A stretch of DNA of 33,242 nucleotides from Bacteroidales bacterium (GTDB lineage Bacteria > Bacteroidota > Bacteroidia > Bacteroidales > UBA3663): contig JAUNCV010000004.1 in assembly GCA_030526445.1 (NCBI GenBank), forward strand, positions 390-33,631. Direction: 5' to 3'. A program made the translations under genes and the position numbers. Shown here piece by piece: positions 31,157 to 33,242 of the stretch (position 1 is its first letter; every line of letters starts with the position of its first letter). The notes under the pieces were generated by a model. That model worked only from the letters and a program-made list of their open reading frames with translations, had not been told where the DNA came from and made no database searches.

Positions 31157-33151
31157 ATGAACAAGACCTGTATTTCTACATTCCTATCGGCCACAATGGC
31201 CCTGACTGCGTTCGCACAGAATGCTAACACCCCTGCAGGAACAACTGCACAAGACGAAAAAGTAGCGTTTCTTTTCACCTATTTCACTGGCAACTCGCCC
31301 GAACATGAGCAGATCTGCTTCGCTCTCTCAGACGACGGCTACAATTACACCTTGCTCAACCAGGGTTTGCCTGTCATTAAATCAGATTCTATAGCCTTCA
31401 CTCAGTGTGTTCGCGACCCACACATCCTTCGCTCGGAGGATGGCAAACACTTCTACATGGTTGTGACCGATATGAAGAGTGATCTGGGCTGGGCTTCGAA
31501 CCGTGGCATGGTACTGCTTAAGTCGGATGACTTGATCAACTGGCAGCACTCTGCCATCAACATCCCCACCAAATATCCTGAGAAGTGGAAGAATGTGACC
31601 CGCGTCTGGGCCCCAGAGACCATCTATGATAAGGATGCCGGCAAATATATGGTGTTCTATTCGCTGCTTACCAACGATGGCAAGTGTGAATATGACAAGA
31701 TTTTCTACTCGTATGTGAACGAAGACTTCACCGACCTGGAGGGCGAGCCTCAGTACCTTTTCGACAGCGGTTCGGCTACCATCGATGGTGACATTGTATA
31801 TAATGAGGCCGATGGCAAGTTCCATCTCTTCTATAAGAGCGAAGCTTATGGTGGTATTCTGCAGGCGGTGGCCGATCGTCTTACTCCTGCCCCTGGACAG
31901 AAACCAGGCAGCCAGTGGACCAAACTTGAGGGACATGTTGAATTGGGCACAGGCGCTCCTAAAGACCCACGCGCTGTGGAGGGTGTTGGTGTTTGCAAGA
32001 GCCTGGATGGTAAGTCGTGGGTGGTAATGTATGACTGCTACATGGAGGGACACTATCAGTTCTGCAAGTCTGAAGATTTGAAAACCTTCCAATGGGTAGC
32101 CGACACCCAGACCTCTGGTATGTTTACCCCTCGTCACGGCACCATTCTCCCTATCACCCAAGCAGAGAAAGATCGTCTCATTGCACAATGGGGCGACGGC
32201 AAGAACCCAATCCTGCCAGGTTTCCATGCCGACCCAGAGGTGCTTTACAGCAATTTGACCAAGAAATATTATATCTATTCGACCACCGATGGAACTCCTG
32301 GCTGGGGCGGACATGACTTCAGTGTCTTCTCTTCGTCAGACCTGGAAACCTGGACCGATGAGGGCAAGATGCTCGATGTGAAGGGCGATCAGGTGAAGTG
32401 GGCTGTTGGCAATGCATGGGCTCCATGTATCATTGAAAAGAAGGTTGCTAAGAACGAAAGTTCGACCGGCTATAAATATTACTTCTATTTCTCAGCTCAC
32501 AACCCTGTGACCAATACCAAAGAGATTGGTTGTGCCGTGGCAGAGAATCCTGTAGGTCCGTTTGTAGATTGTGGCCACCCAGTTATCACCAAGGCTCAGC
32601 GCCCTGAAGGCCTCGGTGGACAAGAAATTGACGTTGATGTATTCTGCGATCCAAAGTCTGGCAAATACTACCTCTACTGGGGCAATGGCTATATGGCAGG
32701 TGCAGAGCTTAACGACGACATGACTTCGGTTAAGCAAGAGACTATTGTAGATATGACCCCTAAGGGCGGTACTTTGGCCGATTATGCTTATCGCGAGGCT
32801 CCATACGTAATTTACAGAAAGGGCACATACTACTTCCTCTGGAGTGTAGATGACACTGGCGCCGATAACTACCATGTGGCTTATGGCACAAGCAAGAAAC
32901 CTCTCGGCCCTATCGTCGTAGCCGAAGAACCTGTTATCTTGCAGCAAGACCCTGCCAAGAAAATCTATGGAACGGCTCACAACTCTGTACTGCAGCTTCC
33001 GGGCAAGGATGAGTGGTATATTGTTTATCACCGCATCAACGGAAACTACCGTGAACGCCAGCTCTCACCTGGCACTCACCGACAGGTATGCATTGACCGA
33101 ATGAAGTTTGACAAGAAGGGCAGAATCCTCCCTGTGCAACCTACCTGGTAA
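31157..33151 (+). CDS. Secreted glycoside hydrolase with two tandem GH43-like five-bladed propeller domains (664 aa)
   Basis: The signal peptide ends LTAFAQNA. Domain 1 shows VRDPHILRSEDGKHFYMVVTD...VWAPETIYDKDAGKYMVFYS. Domain 2 shows FHADPEVLYSNLTKKYYIYSTTDG...NAWAPCIIEK...REAPYVIYRKGTYYFLWS...GTAHNSV. Confidence 0.82.
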   Translation: MNKTCISTFLSATMALTAFAQNANTPAGTTAQDEKVAFLFTYFTGNSPEHEQICFALSDDGYNYTLLNQGLPVIKSDSIAFTQCVRDPHILRSEDGKHFYMVVTDMKSDLGWASNRGMVLLKSDDLINWQHSAINIPTKYPEKWKNVTRVWAPETIYDKDAGKYMVFYSLLTNDGKCEYDKIFYSYVNEDFTDLEGEPQYLFDSGSATIDGDIVYNEADGKFHLFYKSEAYGGILQAVADRLTPAPGQKPGSQWTKLEGHVELGTGAPKDPRAVEGVGVCKSLDGKSWVVMYDCYMEGHYQFCKSEDLKTFQWVADTQTSGMFTPRHGTILPITQAEKDRLIAQWGDGKNPILPGFHADPEVLYSNLTKKYYIYSTTDGTPGWGGHDFSVFSSSDLETWTDEGKMLDVKGDQVKWAVGNAWAPCIIEKKVAKNESSTGYKYYFYFSAHNPVTNTKEIGCAVAENPVGPFVDCGHPVITKAQRPEGLGGQEIDVDVFCDPKSGKYYLYWGNGYMAGAELNDDMTSVKQETIVDMTPKGGTLADYAYREAPYVIYRKGTYYFLWSVDDTGADNYHVAYGTSKKPLGPIVVAEEPVILQQDPAKKIYGTAHNSVLQLPGKDEWYIVYHRINGNYRERQLSPGTHRQVCIDRMKFDKKGRILPVQPTW

Positions 33152-33174
33152 TAAGAAAAAACAGATAGAAAAGA

Positions 33175-33220
33175 TTATCCACATGCTTGTGAACAACTCT
33201 GTTCATAAGCATGTGGATAA
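33175..33220. repeat. 46-nt near-perfect palindrome containing two inverted consensus DnaA boxes (TTATCCACA)
   Basis: The sequence is TTATCCACATGCTT-g-TGAACA-actc-TGTTCA-t-AAGCATGTGGATAA. It starts 24 nt after the GH43 stop, and no T-tract follows. Confidence 0.8.
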
Positions 33221-33242
33221 CTTTATGAATAACTCTCAAAAT

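Noticed and set aside
31382-33031. Minus-strand ORFs 31382..32314 and 32492..33031 inside the GH43 gene
   Set aside because: They are antisense to clear GH43 signatures, so they are spurious.

Overview
The window looks like a Bacteroidota (Bacteroidales, Prevotella/Bacteroides-like) chromosome. Support for this: a tmRNA with tag GETNYALAA, repeated -33 TTTG / -7 TAnnTTTG promoter boxes, and lipoproteins with acidic residues after the lipobox Cys.

Layout:
(1) 1-6559, housekeeping block: dnaX (5' part, minus strand, runs off the window edge and is missing from the ORF track), then divergent groES-groEL, then nusB-yajC-YbbR-like-coaE.
(2) 6707-15270, a nine-gene minus-strand aryl-polyene/flexirubin-like type II FAS/PKS cluster. 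Order: KS, ACP, two hot-dog dehydratases, MMPL exporter, CrtI-like FAD oxidoreductase, FabG, LolA-like carrier, thioesterase. Three unusually structured or repetitive internal spacers interrupt it.
(3) 15458-15854, the tmRNA gene ssrA, followed by two terminator hairpins and degenerate copies of its own 3' end.
(4) 16172-29567, the most interesting part: nine tightly packed plus-strand genes forming a type V (FimA/Mfa1-class) pilus-like locus. It holds four fimbrillin-like lipoproteins and one Mfa2/DUF5119-like lipoprotein. Interleaved with them are two DUF3575-like outer-membrane barrels (one fused to a long K/E-rich coiled-coil tail), a DUF3868/OmpA-like protein, and a 612-aa protein that appears to consist of three tandem barrel-like modules. 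I read this as a candidate self-contained pilus plus outer-membrane/peptidoglycan anchoring or export apparatus whose barrel components have no established function.
(5) 29639-33151: an orphan TrpB2-like gene (minus strand) and a two-domain GH43 glycoside hydrolase (plus strand). A 46-nt near-perfect palindrome carrying two consensus DnaA boxes follows at the window edge.

I found no CRISPR array, transposase, integrase, rRNA or tRNA gene. All product calls rest on motif recognition by eye, not on database searches.
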